A stretch of 64,000 nucleotides of DNA from Felis catus (lineage: Eukaryota), in NCBI RefSeq assembly GCF_018350175.1, contig NC_058373.1, positions 101,930,001-101,994,000 on the forward strand. Direction: 5' to 3'. Position 1 is the stretch's first letter. Each line of letters begins with the position of its first letter. Positions 63,445 through 64,000 of this stretch are shown one piece after another. The translations under genes were made by a program, and so were the position numbers. The notes beneath the pieces are model-generated. The model did no database searches and was not told the origin of the DNA. It saw nothing but the letters and a program-made list of their open reading frames with translations.

Positions 63445-63614
63445 GGTGTCATTGTCATCTTGCTACTTTTTCCAAAATAGCTTTTTGATGATGCTTTTCC
63501 CCCTACACTCTCAGCAATTCCTGTATCATCAAAATTTTTTTATTTTCAATCTAATAAGTGAAAACTAATATCAGTGTCCTTTTCATTTACATGTATCTTA
63601 TTCGAGTGAGGTTG

Positions 63615-63617
<3 letters not shown>

Positions 63618-63647
<30 letters not shown>
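63618..63647. repeat. (AT)15 microsatellite
   Basis: Directly visible at the SINE tail. Confidence 0.95.
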
Positions 63648-63650
<3 letters not shown>

Positions 63651-63848
63651 ATGTTTATTTATCTTTGAGAGATAGAGACAGAGTGTGAGCAGGGAAGGGG
63701 CAGAGACAGAAGGAGACACAGAATCCAAAGCAGGCTCCAAGCTCTGAGCTGTCAGCACAGAGCCCAATGCGGGGCTCGAGCTCGTGAACCGTGAGATCAT
63801 GACCTGAGCCAAAGTCGGATGCTTAATCGACTGAGCCACCCAGGCACC
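63648..63848 (-). mobile_element. Can-SINE (SINEC_Fc-like), tail adjoining a (TA)n repeat
   Basis: Typical reverse-oriented body ending ...gagccacccaggcacc. Confidence 0.9.
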
Positions 63849-64000
63849 TTATTTTTATAAACTTAATAGTCATTTGCATTTCCCTTTCAACTCTCCGTAT
63901 ATTTGCCCACCTCACCATTGGGTTGTTGGTCTTTTTCTAATTAATTTGTAGAAGCTCTTCACATATTGTGGAAATTAACCTTTGTTCTGTGATATGAATT

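Larger units (their letters stand above)
62620..64000 (-). mobile_element. Old L1 (L1ME-like) interrupted by an MLT2 LTR and a Can-SINE
   Basis: ggtggacactcgggttgccttc...acaaacaatgct before the LTR; L1 ORF2-like antisense sequence resumes after it. Confidence 0.6.

Noticed and set aside
1..64000. CRISPR arrays, operons, prophage or other prokaryotic systems
   Set aside because: The sequence is spliced mammalian DNA with no regularly spaced repeat-spacer arrays or dense ORF clusters.

Overview
Mammalian genomic DNA, most likely from a felid, judged by about ten tRNA-derived carnivore SINEs resembling SINEC_Fc. The window holds the 3' two-thirds of SAMD4A (Smaug homolog 1, a SAM-domain RNA-binding translational repressor) on the + strand. 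Ten GT-AG coding exons lie at 4069-4332, 15598-15707, 17904-17990, 25712-26045, 28560-28645, 33868-33986, 38510-38711, 40048-40174, 48294-48377 and 53925-53953. They splice into one open frame of 1442 nt (about 480 C-terminal residues ending ...DGVDRTSTI*), followed by a ~4.4-kb 3'UTR ending near 58330 and intergenic repeats. Exon numbers follow my recollection of the human gene. The 5' exons lie upstream of the window. Introns carry ordinary Can-SINE, MIR, L2, L1 and DNA-transposon relics and microsatellites; most ORF-track entries are non-coding noise. No wholly new gene system is evident. The best leads are: (1) several Smaug-recognition-element (CNGGN stem-loop) candidates in the gene's own 3'UTR, one with a perfect 7-bp stem, suggesting autoregulation that alternative polyadenylation could tune; (2) a CpG-island-like block plus a Z-DNA-prone tract inside the 3'UTR; (3) a candidate poison cassette exon before exon 12; (4) a paired MEF2/E-box cluster around exon 12; (5) a candidate internal promoter upstream of exon 7.
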